Shown in pieces: positions 1-8,598 of a stretch of 64,000 nucleotides of DNA. Every line of letters starts with the position of its first letter. Position 1 is the first letter of the stretch. Below the pieces are notes generated by a model. The model had not been told where the DNA came from and did not search any database. It saw nothing but the letters and a program-made list of their open reading frames with translations. Source of the DNA: an uncultured Solirubrobacterales bacterium (GTDB taxonomy: Bacteria > Actinomycetota > Thermoleophilia > Solirubrobacterales > 70-9). Location of the stretch: the NCBI GenBank assembly GCA_963819755.1, contig CAWFXB010000002.1:1620112-1684111 (forward strand). Reading direction: 5' to 3'. The position numbers and the translations under genes were made by a program.

Positions 1-828
1 GAGGCGAATCTCGACGCCGAGGTGCTCAGCCTGCTCGCCGAGGCGATCTTCGCCTACATCGATGAGCTCTCAGCCGACTCGGTCGAGGGCTACGCGGAGG
101 CGCAGGCGGAACTGGAGGACCAGCGCCGGCGCCGCACCGCCGAGCTGGCGGCGCTACTCGTGCGCGAGCCAGCGGTCGAGCAGGCAGACATCCGCTCCGC
201 GGCACAGATCGCGGGCTGGGCCCTGCCGGGCCGGGTTGCGGCTCTGGCGCTTCCCGAGGCGGCTCTGGGGTTGGTCGCACGACGGCTGCCGGTGGATTCG
301 CTGGCGACGGTCCTCGACGGCGGTGGCTGCATCCTCTTCCCCGATCCCGATGGACCGGGACGTACCGCGTTGCTCGAGCAGGCGGCTGCTGACTTTCCCC
401 TGGCGCGGGGGCCCGCCGGAACGCTTGCAGACCTACCCGCCTCCTGGGCCCTGGCAAGGGCGACGCTGCGGGCGGTGCAGGCGGGTGCGCTGCCTGCCAC
501 CGGCCTCGTGTCTGCCGAGGACCGTCTCGTCGATCTGCTCCTCTTCGAGGGGAGCGCACTTGCCGCCCGGATTGCGGCTCGCCGTCTCGAGCCGTTCGAG
601 GCGCTCACCGAGAAGGCCCGGGAGCGGATGCGGGAGACCGCCCTCGCCTACGTACGCCACGAGGGCAACGCCGTGGCGATGGCCGGCGCGCTGCACGTGC
701 ATCCGCAGACCGCCCGCTACCGAATCGCCCGCCTGCGCGAGCTGCTCGGCGACCAGCTGGAGGACCCCGACGCCCGCTTCGAGTTGGAGATCGCGCTCCG
801 ACACCAAGAAAATAGAATGGCGATTTAG
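1..828 (+). CDS. PucR-family transcriptional regulator, C-terminal part (5' end probably outside the window)
   Basis: The frame is open from base 1 (ORF track 22..828). The C-terminal helix-turn-helix HVHPQTARYRIARLRELLGDQLEDPDARFELEIAL is typical of the PucR C-terminal HTH. Confidence 0.6.
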   Translation, partial: EANLDAEVLSLLAEAIFAYIDELSADSVEGYAEAQAELEDQRRRRTAELAALLVREPAVEQADIRSAAQIAGWALPGRVAALALPEAALGLVARRLPVDSLATVLDGGGCILFPDPDGPGRTALLEQAAADFPLARGPAGTLADLPASWALARATLRAVQAGALPATGLVSAEDRLVDLLLFEGSALAARIAARRLEPFEALTEKARERMRETALAYVRHEGNAVAMAGALHVHPQTARYRIARLRELLGDQLEDPDARFELEIALRHQENRMAI

Positions 829-870
829 TGGTTCAGATCTAGCGACCGGAACGAGCAGAGAGGAGCATCA

Positions 871-1338
871 GTGAACCTCCCCCATCCCCCAGAGCGAGTC
901 GCGTTCGTCCAGTCCGGCTGGCACAAGCAGATCGTCGACGAGTGCAGATCTTCGTTCATGACGGAGATCGGACGATCCGGAGTGGCCGAGTCCCGGGTCG
1001 ACGTCTTCGAGGTCACCGGAGCCTTCGAGATCCCGCTGCACGCAAAGAAGCTCGCCGATAGCGGCCTCTACAGCGCGATCGTTGCCGCCGGTCTGGTCGT
1101 GGATGGGGGGATCTATCGCCATGAGTTTGTTGCGGAGGCGGTGATCGACGGATTGATGCGCGTGCAGCTCGACACCGGGGTGCCCGTCATCTCCGCGGTC
1201 CTCACCCCGCATAGCTTCCACGAGCATGAGACCCACCAGGCCTTCTTCTCAGAGCACTTCAGGACCAAGGGTCGTGAGGCTGCGCGCGCCTGCGCGCACA
1301 CCATCGAGTCCTTGGCAGAGCTTCCTGCGGTGGCTTGA
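871..1338 (+). CDS. ribH: 6,7-dimethyl-8-ribityllumazine synthase, type II (RibH2-like)
   Basis: The 155-aa product carries the blocks FVQSGWHKQIVDE, GAFEIPLHAKKLA, GGIYRHEFVA and VLTPHSFHE, which are collinear with type-II lumazine synthases. Confidence 0.8.
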   Translation: MNLPHPPERVAFVQSGWHKQIVDECRSSFMTEIGRSGVAESRVDVFEVTGAFEIPLHAKKLADSGLYSAIVAAGLVVDGGIYRHEFVAEAVIDGLMRVQLDTGVPVISAVLTPHSFHEHETHQAFFSEHFRTKGREAARACAHTIESLAELPAVA

Positions 1339-1482
1339 CCCCACGCTCCCCGAACGGCGGGGTACAGCGAGGTCCGTGATGCGGTCAGCTTCCTTGGCGC
1401 GCGGGATGCGGCCAGCCCGTGGGTTTTCGACACCGTCGTCGCGATCTCGGGCCTCTCCCTCTTCGCTCTTGCAGCCGCGCTC

Positions 1483-1956
1483 GTGCTCGACGCGCCGCGC
1501 AGCCTGCGTGGACGACTTGGCCCGGCGCTGATCGCGCTCACCGGTCTGGCGCAGATCCTCGATGGCTTTCCCTTTCCCGCCGGCTGCCGTCGCACGATCG
1601 ATGCCGGCTGCCACGCCCGTGAACTGGCCGGCGAGCTTTCCTGGCAGCACTACGCCCACGGCTGGGCCTACTTCTTCGGCGGCGCCGCCCTGCTGCTGTC
1701 CGTGTTCGCGATGGCCTGGCGATTTCGCGGCGATCCCCGCTGGGGTAGGGCGGACGTGCTCGCTTTCGGCGCGGGGATCATCGCCATCGTGATCTTCGGC
1801 GGCCTCTTCTTCTTCACCGGCAAGGGCTTCGGCGGCCACTACGGGCTGGCCCAACGCTTTGCGCTGGTGGCAGCCATCGTCTGGATAGGAGCCCTCGCGC
1901 TGGCACTGATCGACCTCTATGGCCGCCAGCGCTTCTTGAAGGAGAGCCCTACCTAG
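1483..1956 (+). CDS. Integral membrane protein, DUF998-like (N-terminus uncertain)
   Basis: The product is a hydrophobic multi-helix protein. The first in-frame start codon is GTG 1483, but membrane-protein-like sequence (VSFLGARDAASPWVFDTVVAISGLSLFALAAAL) continues upstream to the ribH stop without a start codon. Confidence 0.5.
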   Translation: MLDAPRSLRGRLGPALIALTGLAQILDGFPFPAGCRRTIDAGCHARELAGELSWQHYAHGWAYFFGGAALLLSVFAMAWRFRGDPRWGRADVLAFGAGIIAIVIFGGLFFFTGKGFGGHYGLAQRFALVAAIVWIGALALALIDLYGRQRFLKESPT

Positions 1957-2579
1957 CCGCGGCGCTGCTTGGGCAGCGTGCGGAAGACGACGTCCCAAAG
2001 GGGCGAGGAGACGCCGTAGCCGTAGCGGTGATCTTGGAAGTGGTGGCGCATGTGCTGCTCGCGCAGCCGCTTGCCGAGCTCGGACTTGGGCACGAAGTGG
2101 TGCACGTAGTAGTGCGTGTAGTCGTAGAAGAGGTAGCCGGCGAGGAAGCCGGCGAAGAGCGGGTAGGCGGCCGGCGTGCCGAAGATCAGCGTGAAGGCGA
2201 AGAAGAAGAGCGCCGCCAGGGGGATCGAGACCGCTGGCGGCATCACCAGCCGCATCTTGTCGTTCGGATGGTCGTGGTGGATGCCGTGGATGATGAAGTG
2301 CATGCGGCGCCCGAACCCGTTGTCGGGCTCCCAGTGGAAGACCATCCGGTGCAGCCAGTACTCGGTCAGGGTCCAGATGCCGACGCCGGCGAGGCTGAGC
2401 AGGACGAGCTGCCAGGCGACCTTTCCCTGATCGGCCGCGAGCCACTCCATGGCGACGATCACGGGCACGAAGACGATCGCCGGGATCGAGGGGTGGACCC
2501 GCGAGAAGAAGTTGAGGAATTCGCTCTCGAACAGCTGCGGCGAGGCCGCGAGCTTGTTGGTGCGGTCGTGTGCCTCCAT
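1953..2579 (-). CDS. Fatty acid hydroxylase / sterol desaturase superfamily membrane protein
   Basis: Histidine boxes HRMVFH, HGIHHDHP and HMRHHF are present with TM segments. The start is set at MEAHDRT (ATG 2579), preceded by a G-rich RBS. Confidence 0.8.
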   Translation of the reverse strand: MEAHDRTNKLAASPQLFESEFLNFFSRVHPSIPAIVFVPVIVAMEWLAADQGKVAWQLVLLSLAGVGIWTLTEYWLHRMVFHWEPDNGFGRRMHFIIHGIHHDHPNDKMRLVMPPAVSIPLAALFFFAFTLIFGTPAAYPLFAGFLAGYLFYDYTHYYVHHFVPKSELGKRLREQHMRHHFQDHRYGYGVSSPLWDVVFRTLPKQRRG

Positions 2580-2705
2580 TCGCCCCAATGGTAGCGGCGG
2601 GTGGAGCCGACCCCCGCAAGACGCGGGGAAGATGTGACGACTCTGTGTCAAGAACGTTGCGCTTTGCGGAATCAGGCGTCACGGAAGTGCAACAGCCTTG
2701 CCAAG

Positions 2706-2903
2706 ATGCCCGCCGTGCCGCGCAAGCCCAAGCCACCGACCTGCGACGACTGCTACTTCCGCCGCAACCAGCTCTGCGCCCTCCAGCTCGACGAGCCCTG
2801 CACGACCTTCCGGCCCAATCGGCCGGAGGGCCTGGTTCCTCCCCGCCAGCCGGTTCTTCTGATGCGCCCGCCCCGTTGGGCAAATCAGGCCCAGCCTGCC
2901 TAG
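2706..2903 (+). CDS. Small 4-Cys hypothetical protein
   Basis: The ATG at 2706 lies within ORF 2601..2903. The product MPAVPRKPKPPTCDDCYFRRNQLCALQLDEPCTTFRP has CxxC plus two further Cys. It sits directly upstream of hsp20-lon on the same strand. Confidence 0.4.
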   Translation: MPAVPRKPKPPTCDDCYFRRNQLCALQLDEPCTTFRPNRPEGLVPPRQPVLLMRPPRWANQAQPA

Positions 2904-2915
2904 GTCCCGCTCGCC

Positions 2916-3380
2916 GTGGCGGCTATGTTTTGCGCCATGCCTGAGCGAGACGTATTTGCGAATTTTGCCCGCATGCGCAGGGAGATGGATCAGATGCTCG
3001 GTGGGGCCTGGGGTCGCACCACCTACGTGAGCAGGAGGAGCACCGGCTTCTCTCCCAACGTCGACGTCTACTACTGCGGCGATCCGCAGCGCGCTGTCGT
3101 GAAGGTCGATCTGGCCGGTGTGGACCTCGATCAGGTCGGGATCGAGGTCAGCGGTAGGCAGCTGGCGATCGTCGGGGAACGGCCGGTGCAGGAGACCGAG
3201 GGGCGGGTCTACCAGCAGGTCGAGATCCCCTCGGGCCCCTTCCGCCGCGTGGTCGAGCTGCAGGTCGACGTCGATGCCGACCAGGCCAAGGCCACCTACG
3301 AGGACGGCATCCTGCGGATCGACCTGCCGCTGCGCGACCCGGCGCAGAGCACCCGGCGCGTGCCGATCGGGCGCGACTAG
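2916..3380 (+). CDS. Hsp20/alpha-crystallin small heat-shock protein
   Basis: An alpha-crystallin domain is recognisable: FSPNVDVYY...VVKVDLAGVD...GILRIDLPL. Alternative starts are ATG 2925 and ATG 2937. Confidence 0.85.
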   Translation: MAAMFCAMPERDVFANFARMRREMDQMLGGAWGRTTYVSRRSTGFSPNVDVYYCGDPQRAVVKVDLAGVDLDQVGIEVSGRQLAIVGERPVQETEGRVYQQVEIPSGPFRRVVELQVDVDADQAKATYEDGILRIDLPLRDPAQSTRRVPIGRD

Positions 3381-3382
3381 CG

Positions 3383-5788
3383 ATGGAGAGCACGCCCGTC
3401 CTCGAAGTGGTCGAGTCCCAACTCGACGCCGAGGACGCGATCCGCGCCAGCCAGCCGCTGCCCGACGCGCTGCCGGTGCTGCCGCTGCGCGAGACGGTCA
3501 CCTTCCCCGAGACCCTCACCCCGCTCGCGGTGGGCCAGGAGCGCTCGATCAAGCTGGTCGACGACGTGCTTGGCGCCAGCCGCATGCTGGCGATGGTCGC
3601 GGCGCGCGATCCCGAGGACGAGGAGCCGGGCCCGGACGGGCTCTACGAAGTAGGCGTCGTCGGCGTCGTCGCCCGCATGCTCAAAGTCCCCGACGGGACG
3701 CTGCGCATCCTCGTCCAGGGCACCCAGCGCGTGCGCCTCGGTCCCTATGTCGCCGAGGAGCCCTACCTCGTCGCGCGGATCGCCGAGCTGCCCGACGTGA
3801 TCGACGAGGGTCCCGAGCTGGAGGCGCTGACCCGCAACGTGCAACGCACCTTCTCGGAGATCGTCGAGCACATCCCCTATCTGCCCGAGGAGCTGCAGAT
3901 GGCGGTGGCCAACATCGAGGATCCGGCGGCGCTCGGTCACCTGATCGCCGGCGCGCTGCGAATCACCACCGAGGAAAAGCAGGAGCTGCTGGAGGAGATA
4001 GACGTCGCCGCCCGCCTGCGCCGGCTCTCCCAGATCCTCGCCCGCGAGCTCGAGGTGGTCCAGCTCGGCAGCCAGATCCAGTCCCAGGTCCAGTCCGAAG
4101 TCGACAAGGGCCAGCGCGAGTTCTTCCTGCGCCAGCAGCTGAAAGCGATCCAGGACGAGCTGGGGGAGGGGGACGAGCAGCAGGCCGAGGCCAACGAGCT
4201 GCGCCAGCGCGTCGAGGAAGCCGAGCTGCCCGAGCACGCCCTCAAAGCTGCCGAGCGCGAGCTCTCCCGACTGGAGAAACTGCCCCCGGCGGCGGCCGAG
4301 CATGGCGTAATCCGCAGCTATCTCGAGTGGCTGGTCGAGCTGCCGTGGTCCAAAACGACCGAGGACGACCTCGACATCGCCCACGCCCGTGAGGTGCTCG
4401 ACGCCGATCACTACGACCTGGAGAAGGTCAAGGACCGCATCCTCGAGTACCTGGCGGTGCGCAAGCTGAAGCCGGACTCGCCGGGGCCGATCCTCTGCTT
4501 CGCCGGCCCGCCGGGAGTCGGCAAGACCAGCCTCGGGCGTTCGATCGCCAAGGCACTGGGCCGTGAGTTCGAGCGCATCTCGGTCGGCGGGGTCCGCGAC
4601 GAGGCTGAGATCCGCGGTCACCGCCGCACCTACATCGGCGCCCTGCCGGGGACGATCGTGCGCGCCCTGCGCGACGCCGGCTCGCGCAACCCCGTCTTCA
4701 TGATCGACGAGATCGACAAGATGGGCGCCGACTTCCGCGGCGACCCCTCCTCGGCGATGCTCGAGGTGCTGGACCCGGCTCAGAACGACAGCTTCCGCGA
4801 CCACTACCTCGACCTCGAGTTCGACCTCTCCGAGGTCCTCTTCATCGCCACCGCGAACGTCCTCGACACGGTCCCCGGCCCTTTGCAGGACCGGATGGAG
4901 ACGATCGAGCTGGCGGGCTACACGCTGGAGGAGAAGCGCCACATCGCCCGCCGCTACCTCGTTCCCCGCCAGATCGAGGCCAACGGCCTCAAGCCCTCGC
5001 AGATCGAGTTCTCCGACGCGGCCCTGACCGCGATCGTCGAGGAGTACACCCGCGAGGCCGGCGTCCGCAACCTCGAGCGCCAGGTCGGCACGATCTGCCG
5101 CAAAGTCGCCCGCGACGTCGCCGAGGCCCAGGGGAAACGCAACGGCAAGGCCAAGGTCGGCAAGGCACGGATCTCGGCGAAACGGGCGCGCGAGCTGCTC
5201 GGCCGCCGTCGCGTCTTCGCCGAGCAACGGCGGCGCACGAAGGACCCTGGCGTCGCCACCGGGCTCGCCTGGACGCCGGCGGGCGGCGACGTGCTCTTCA
5301 TCGAGGCGACCGCGATGCCGGGATCGGGCGGGTTGACGATCACCGGCCAGCTCGGCGACGTGATGAGGGAGTCGGCGCAGGCGGCGCTCTCCTACGTGCG
5401 CGGTCACTGGCGCGACATCGCCCCAGACCTGGAGGAGAGCTGGTTCGCCGAGCACGACATCCACATCCACGTCCCGGCCGGCGCGGTGCCCAAGGACGGG
5501 CCCTCGGCAGGCGTCGCGATGACGGTGGCGCTGTCATCGCTGATCTCCGGCCGGCCCGTGCGCAACGATGTCGCGATGACCGGCGAGGTGACCCTGACCG
5601 GACAGGTGCTGCCGATCGGCGGGCTCAAGGAGAAGTCGCTTGCGGCCCAACGGGCCGGGATCAAGCGGGTGATCGTGCCGAAGCGCAACGAAGGGGACGT
5701 CACGGAGATCCCCGAGCACGAGCGCAGCGCGCTGGAGTTCGTCTACGTCGACGAGGTCTCGAAGGCGATCGACGCCGCCCTCAAATAA
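3383..5788 (+). CDS. lon: ATP-dependent Lon protease (endopeptidase La)
   Basis: The 801-aa product has a LON N-domain, the Walker A motif GPPGVGKTS, and a protease domain with PKDGPSAGVAM and the catalytic Ser context. Confidence 0.95.
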   Translation: MESTPVLEVVESQLDAEDAIRASQPLPDALPVLPLRETVTFPETLTPLAVGQERSIKLVDDVLGASRMLAMVAARDPEDEEPGPDGLYEVGVVGVVARMLKVPDGTLRILVQGTQRVRLGPYVAEEPYLVARIAELPDVIDEGPELEALTRNVQRTFSEIVEHIPYLPEELQMAVANIEDPAALGHLIAGALRITTEEKQELLEEIDVAARLRRLSQILARELEVVQLGSQIQSQVQSEVDKGQREFFLRQQLKAIQDELGEGDEQQAEANELRQRVEEAELPEHALKAAERELSRLEKLPPAAAEHGVIRSYLEWLVELPWSKTTEDDLDIAHAREVLDADHYDLEKVKDRILEYLAVRKLKPDSPGPILCFAGPPGVGKTSLGRSIAKALGREFERISVGGVRDEAEIRGHRRTYIGALPGTIVRALRDAGSRNPVFMIDEIDKMGADFRGDPSSAMLEVLDPAQNDSFRDHYLDLEFDLSEVLFIATANVLDTVPGPLQDRMETIELAGYTLEEKRHIARRYLVPRQIEANGLKPSQIEFSDAALTAIVEEYTREAGVRNLERQVGTICRKVARDVAEAQGKRNGKAKVGKARISAKRARELLGRRRVFAEQRRRTKDPGVATGLAWTPAGGDVLFIEATAMPGSGGLTITGQLGDVMRESAQAALSYVRGHWRDIAPDLEESWFAEHDIHIHVPAGAVPKDGPSAGVAMTVALSSLISGRPVRNDVAMTGEVTLTGQVLPIGGLKEKSLAAQRAGIKRVIVPKRNEGDVTEIPEHERSALEFVYVDEVSKAIDAALK

Positions 5789-5793
5789 CGACC

Positions 5794-7395
5794 ATGGAGG
5801 CAGCCGAAGCCCTGGGCAGGGGCAACCTGTCGACGTTGTACGAGGCGCTTCGCGAGGCGGTGCGAGCGCGCTCGCGGGCCTTCTGGATCGTCGCCGGGCT
5901 GACCGTTCTCGCGGCGACGCTGCGCTTCGCCACGCTGGGGGTGCAGGCCTACCACCACGACGAGATCGTCACGGCCAGCCGCGTGCTGCGCGACGGCTTC
6001 TGGCATGCGATGGAAGCGGTCGGCTTCAGCGAGTCGGCACCGCCGCTCTACTACGCGCTGGCCTGGTTTTGGACACAGGTGACCGGGACCGGTGAGGTCG
6101 GCCTGCGCTCGGTCTCGGCGCTGGCCGGGGTGGCGACGGTGCCTGTCGCCTACCTGCTCGGCGCCGAGTTGCGCGACCGCCGGGCGGGGATCGTCGCCGC
6201 GGCGCTGGTCGCCGTCAACCCGATGCTGCTCTGGTACTCGCAGGAGGCTCGCAGCTACGCCTTGCTCGTCTTATTGACGGCAGCCGCGGCGCTCTACTTC
6301 GTCCGCGCCCTCAACCGCCCGAGGGACGTGCCGGTGGAGAGAGGTCCATATGGACCTCTCTCCACCGGCACGTCTATGGAGGGGCGTAGGGATCTGGTGC
6401 TGTGGGGGGTGTTCTCGGCGCTCGCGCTCGCGACCCACTATTTCGCGATCTTCCCGATCGCGCTCGAGGGTGGCTGGCTCCTCTGGCGCCGGCGGCGCGA
6501 CGCGCTGGTGGGGCTCTGGATCGTCCTCCTAGCCGGCTTGGCGCTGGCTCCTCTGGCGATCCACCAAATGTCGCTGGGCCACGCCGAGTGGATCGGCGAC
6601 CGCAGCCTCGGCCACCGGGTTTGGGAGGCGGGCGTGACCTTCGTCGTCGGCGAGACCGGCGACGTCGTTTCCCGGCCCGAGACCGTGCTGCCGGCTGTCC
6701 TGCCGCTTCTCGCCGTCCTGGCCGGGCTGCTGCTCCTTGCGCTGCGCGCCGATCGGGGCGAGCGGCGAGCGGGAGGGCTGATGCTGGCCTTGGCCGCGGT
6801 GACCGTCGCCGGGCCGCTGGCCCTGGCGCTCGTCGCTCCCGCCAAGGACTATGTCCTCGCGCGCAACCTGCTGCCGGCGCTGGTACCCCTGCTGGTTGCG
6901 GTGGCGATCGGGGTGACCGCGCGCCGCGCGCGGCGCAGCGGCATGGTCATCGCAGCCGTCCTCGTCGCCTACTCGCTTGGCTTCTGCGTCTGGGTCAGCA
7001 TCTCGCCGGCCTGGCAGCGGCCCGACTGGGACACGGTGGCGGCGCGGCTGGGAGAGCCGGCGGCGCCACGGGCGATCGTCCTCTGGACCCTGGGAGCGGC
7101 ATCGCTGCGCTACTACCTCTCGACCGGCTCGTTCCAGGCGCAGCCCTCCGAAGGCTTCGCCTGGAGCGTGCACGAAGTCGACTTCGTCTCCGACGGCCCC
7201 GCCCCACCCGTCCCGGCCAGCTCGCTTGGACCCCGCTTCCGCCAGGTCGGCTACGAACAGGCCGGCCGTCTTTACGTGCGGCGCTACGCGCTGCCCGGCC
7301 CCGACCTCGCCCACCTGCGCTTGCGGCGGATCCGCGACGCCGACCTCAACTTCCGCAGCAACGGAGTGCTTTTGGACGGGATTGGTCCTCAGTAA
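5794..7395 (+). CDS. GT39/ArnT-like membrane glycosyltransferase (PMT_2-like), carrying an in-frame palindromic insert
   Basis: The 533-aa polytopic membrane protein has an N-terminal YHHDE motif region typical of the dolichyl-phosphate-mannose/ArnT-type GT-C fold. Residues DVPVERGPYGPLSTGTS are encoded by the 50-nt palindrome. Confidence 0.75.
   Translation: MEAAEALGRGNLSTLYEALREAVRARSRAFWIVAGLTVLAATLRFATLGVQAYHHDEIVTASRVLRDGFWHAMEAVGFSESAPPLYYALAWFWTQVTGTGEVGLRSVSALAGVATVPVAYLLGAELRDRRAGIVAAALVAVNPMLLWYSQEARSYALLVLLTAAAALYFVRALNRPRDVPVERGPYGPLSTGTSMEGRRDLVLWGVFSALALATHYFAIFPIALEGGWLLWRRRRDALVGLWIVLLAGLALAPLAIHQMSLGHAEWIGDRSLGHRVWEAGVTFVVGETGDVVSRPETVLPAVLPLLAVLAGLLLLALRADRGERRAGGLMLALAAVTVAGPLALALVAPAKDYVLARNLLPALVPLLVAVAIGVTARRARRSGMVIAAVLVAYSLGFCVWVSISPAWQRPDWDTVAARLGEPAAPRAIVLWTLGAASLRYYLSTGSFQAQPSEGFAWSVHEVDFVSDGPAPPVPASSLGPRFRQVGYEQAGRLYVRRYALPGPDLAHLRLRRIRDADLNFRSNGVLLDGIGPQ
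6325..6374. repeat. Perfect 50-nt palindrome, copy 1 (inside the GT39 CDS, in frame)
   Basis: The sequence gacgtgccggtggagagaggtccat|atggacctctctccaccggcacgtc is its own reverse complement. It is identical to 30780..30829. Confidence 0.95.
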
Positions 7396-7458
7396 GAACG
7401 GGAATCCCGAATGGAGTTATCCTGAGCATCCCCCAGCAGAATCCAGCGAGGAGATGGC

Positions 7459-7887
7459 ATGACCAAGACGAAGGCGAACCAGGCTGCGGACCTCTATTCG
7501 ACTGCCCGTGAGAACCCCTACGTGCAGCGCCTGATCGAGGACGAAGAGCTGCGCGACAGCCTCCGCGACGCCTTCGAGGCCGCACGGGGCGCTTACGGTC
7601 GAGCGACCGACAGCAGCAAGGGCCCGGTCAAGGCCGTGAGCAGCGACAAGAAGGTGCAGAAGGACCTACGCACGGCAGCGGAGAGCCTGCGCGAGGTCTC
7701 GGAGCGTCTGAAGGCGCCGAAGAAGCGCAAGAAGAGCCGCCTTGGGCGCCTCATCCTCTTCGCTCTGATCGGCGGAGCGATCGCTCTTATCGTCAGCGAG
7801 GACGCTCGCAAGACCGTGTTGGATGCTCTCTTTGGCGCCGAGGAGGAGTTCGAGTACACCTCGACGACCAGCATCAACGGCGCCTAG
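7459..7887 (+). CDS. Hypothetical protein with one C-terminal TM helix
   Basis: The 142-aa product is preceded by a gaggag RBS. It has a charged helical N-terminal part followed by LGRLILFALIGGAIALIV. Confidence 0.5.
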   Translation: MTKTKANQAADLYSTARENPYVQRLIEDEELRDSLRDAFEAARGAYGRATDSSKGPVKAVSSDKKVQKDLRTAAESLREVSERLKAPKKRKKSRLGRLILFALIGGAIALIVSEDARKTVLDALFGAEEEFEYTSTTSINGA

Positions 7888-7934
7888 CGCCGTCCGCCGC
7901 GGGGCGCGCCCGCTCCGCGCCGTAGACTGGATTC

Positions 7935-8543
7935 ATGGAGGCTGCGACCAAAGAGCGCGAGCTGAGCGGGGAAAAGGCGCAGCGCATCATCGATGCGATG
8001 CGCGAGAGCGTCGCCAAGCGCGGTGCCGCCGGCTCGACTTTCGAGCATGTGGCCCGCGAGGCCGGGGTCAGCCGTGGGCTCCTCCACTACTACTTCGGCA
8101 CCAAGGAGCGGCTGCTGGTCGAGGTCGTCCGCCGCGATTCTGAGATCCGCGTCGCCCGCCTCGACGAACCGCTGGCGAATGCCGAGACGGCTGACGACGT
8201 GATCGACATTCTGCTCGCCAGCCTCAACGACCTGATCGAGAACGAACCCGCCTTCTTCCTGCTCCTCTACGAGCTGTTCAGCGCCGGCCTGCGCAACCCT
8301 GAGATCCAGCGCGAGGTTGGTCAGCTGTTCGATCGCACCCGCTCCCACGTCGCCGAGATCCTCGAGGCGAAGGAGCGCGAGGGCGTGCTCAGCCTGCGCT
8401 ACGAGGCCGACGCGATCGTCGCCTACCTGTTCGCCGTGGCCGACGGCTTCGCGCTGCAGGCGCTCTCCGACACCGAACGCGACATCGGCCCCGCCCTAGC
8501 CGCCGGCGCAGCCTCCGCCCGGTTCCTGCTCGCGGGCGAGTGA
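7935..8543 (+). CDS. TetR/AcrR family transcriptional regulator
   Basis: The N-terminal HTH block ...RGAAGSTFEHVAREAGVSRGLLHYYFGTKERLL is the TetR signature. Confidence 0.85.
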   Translation: MEAATKERELSGEKAQRIIDAMRESVAKRGAAGSTFEHVAREAGVSRGLLHYYFGTKERLLVEVVRRDSEIRVARLDEPLANAETADDVIDILLASLNDLIENEPAFFLLLYELFSAGLRNPEIQREVGQLFDRTRSHVAEILEAKEREGVLSLRYEADAIVAYLFAVADGFALQALSDTERDIGPALAAGAASARFLLAGE

Positions 8544-8571
8544 TCCTCCTCACAGACTCCTAGGTTCTGTT

Positions 8572-8598
8572 GCATAAAGCTGGCTAACCAGCCAATGC
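8572..8598. promoter_or_regulatory. Imperfect inverted repeat, candidate TetR operator
   Basis: The sequence gcataaagctgg-ctaa-ccagccaatgc lies between tetR and the MMPL gene and overlaps the first ATG of the MMPL ORF. The arms are imperfect. Confidence 0.25.

Noticed and set aside
2580-2940. HAIR (HspR) or CIRCE (HrcA) operators upstream of the hsp20-lon cluster.
   Set aside because: Reading both strands gave no match to either inverted-repeat consensus. Only short (6 bp or less) chance inverted repeats are present.
3377-5470. A 697-aa minus-strand ORF opposite lon. The same applies to 1249..2883(-), 8910..10811(-), 12905..15109(+), 44673..46919(-), 57496..58968(-) and 20786..22321(-).
   Set aside because: Each one overlaps a gene with unambiguous family motifs on the other strand or in another frame and has no motifs itself. 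These are high-GC antisense or off-frame artefacts.
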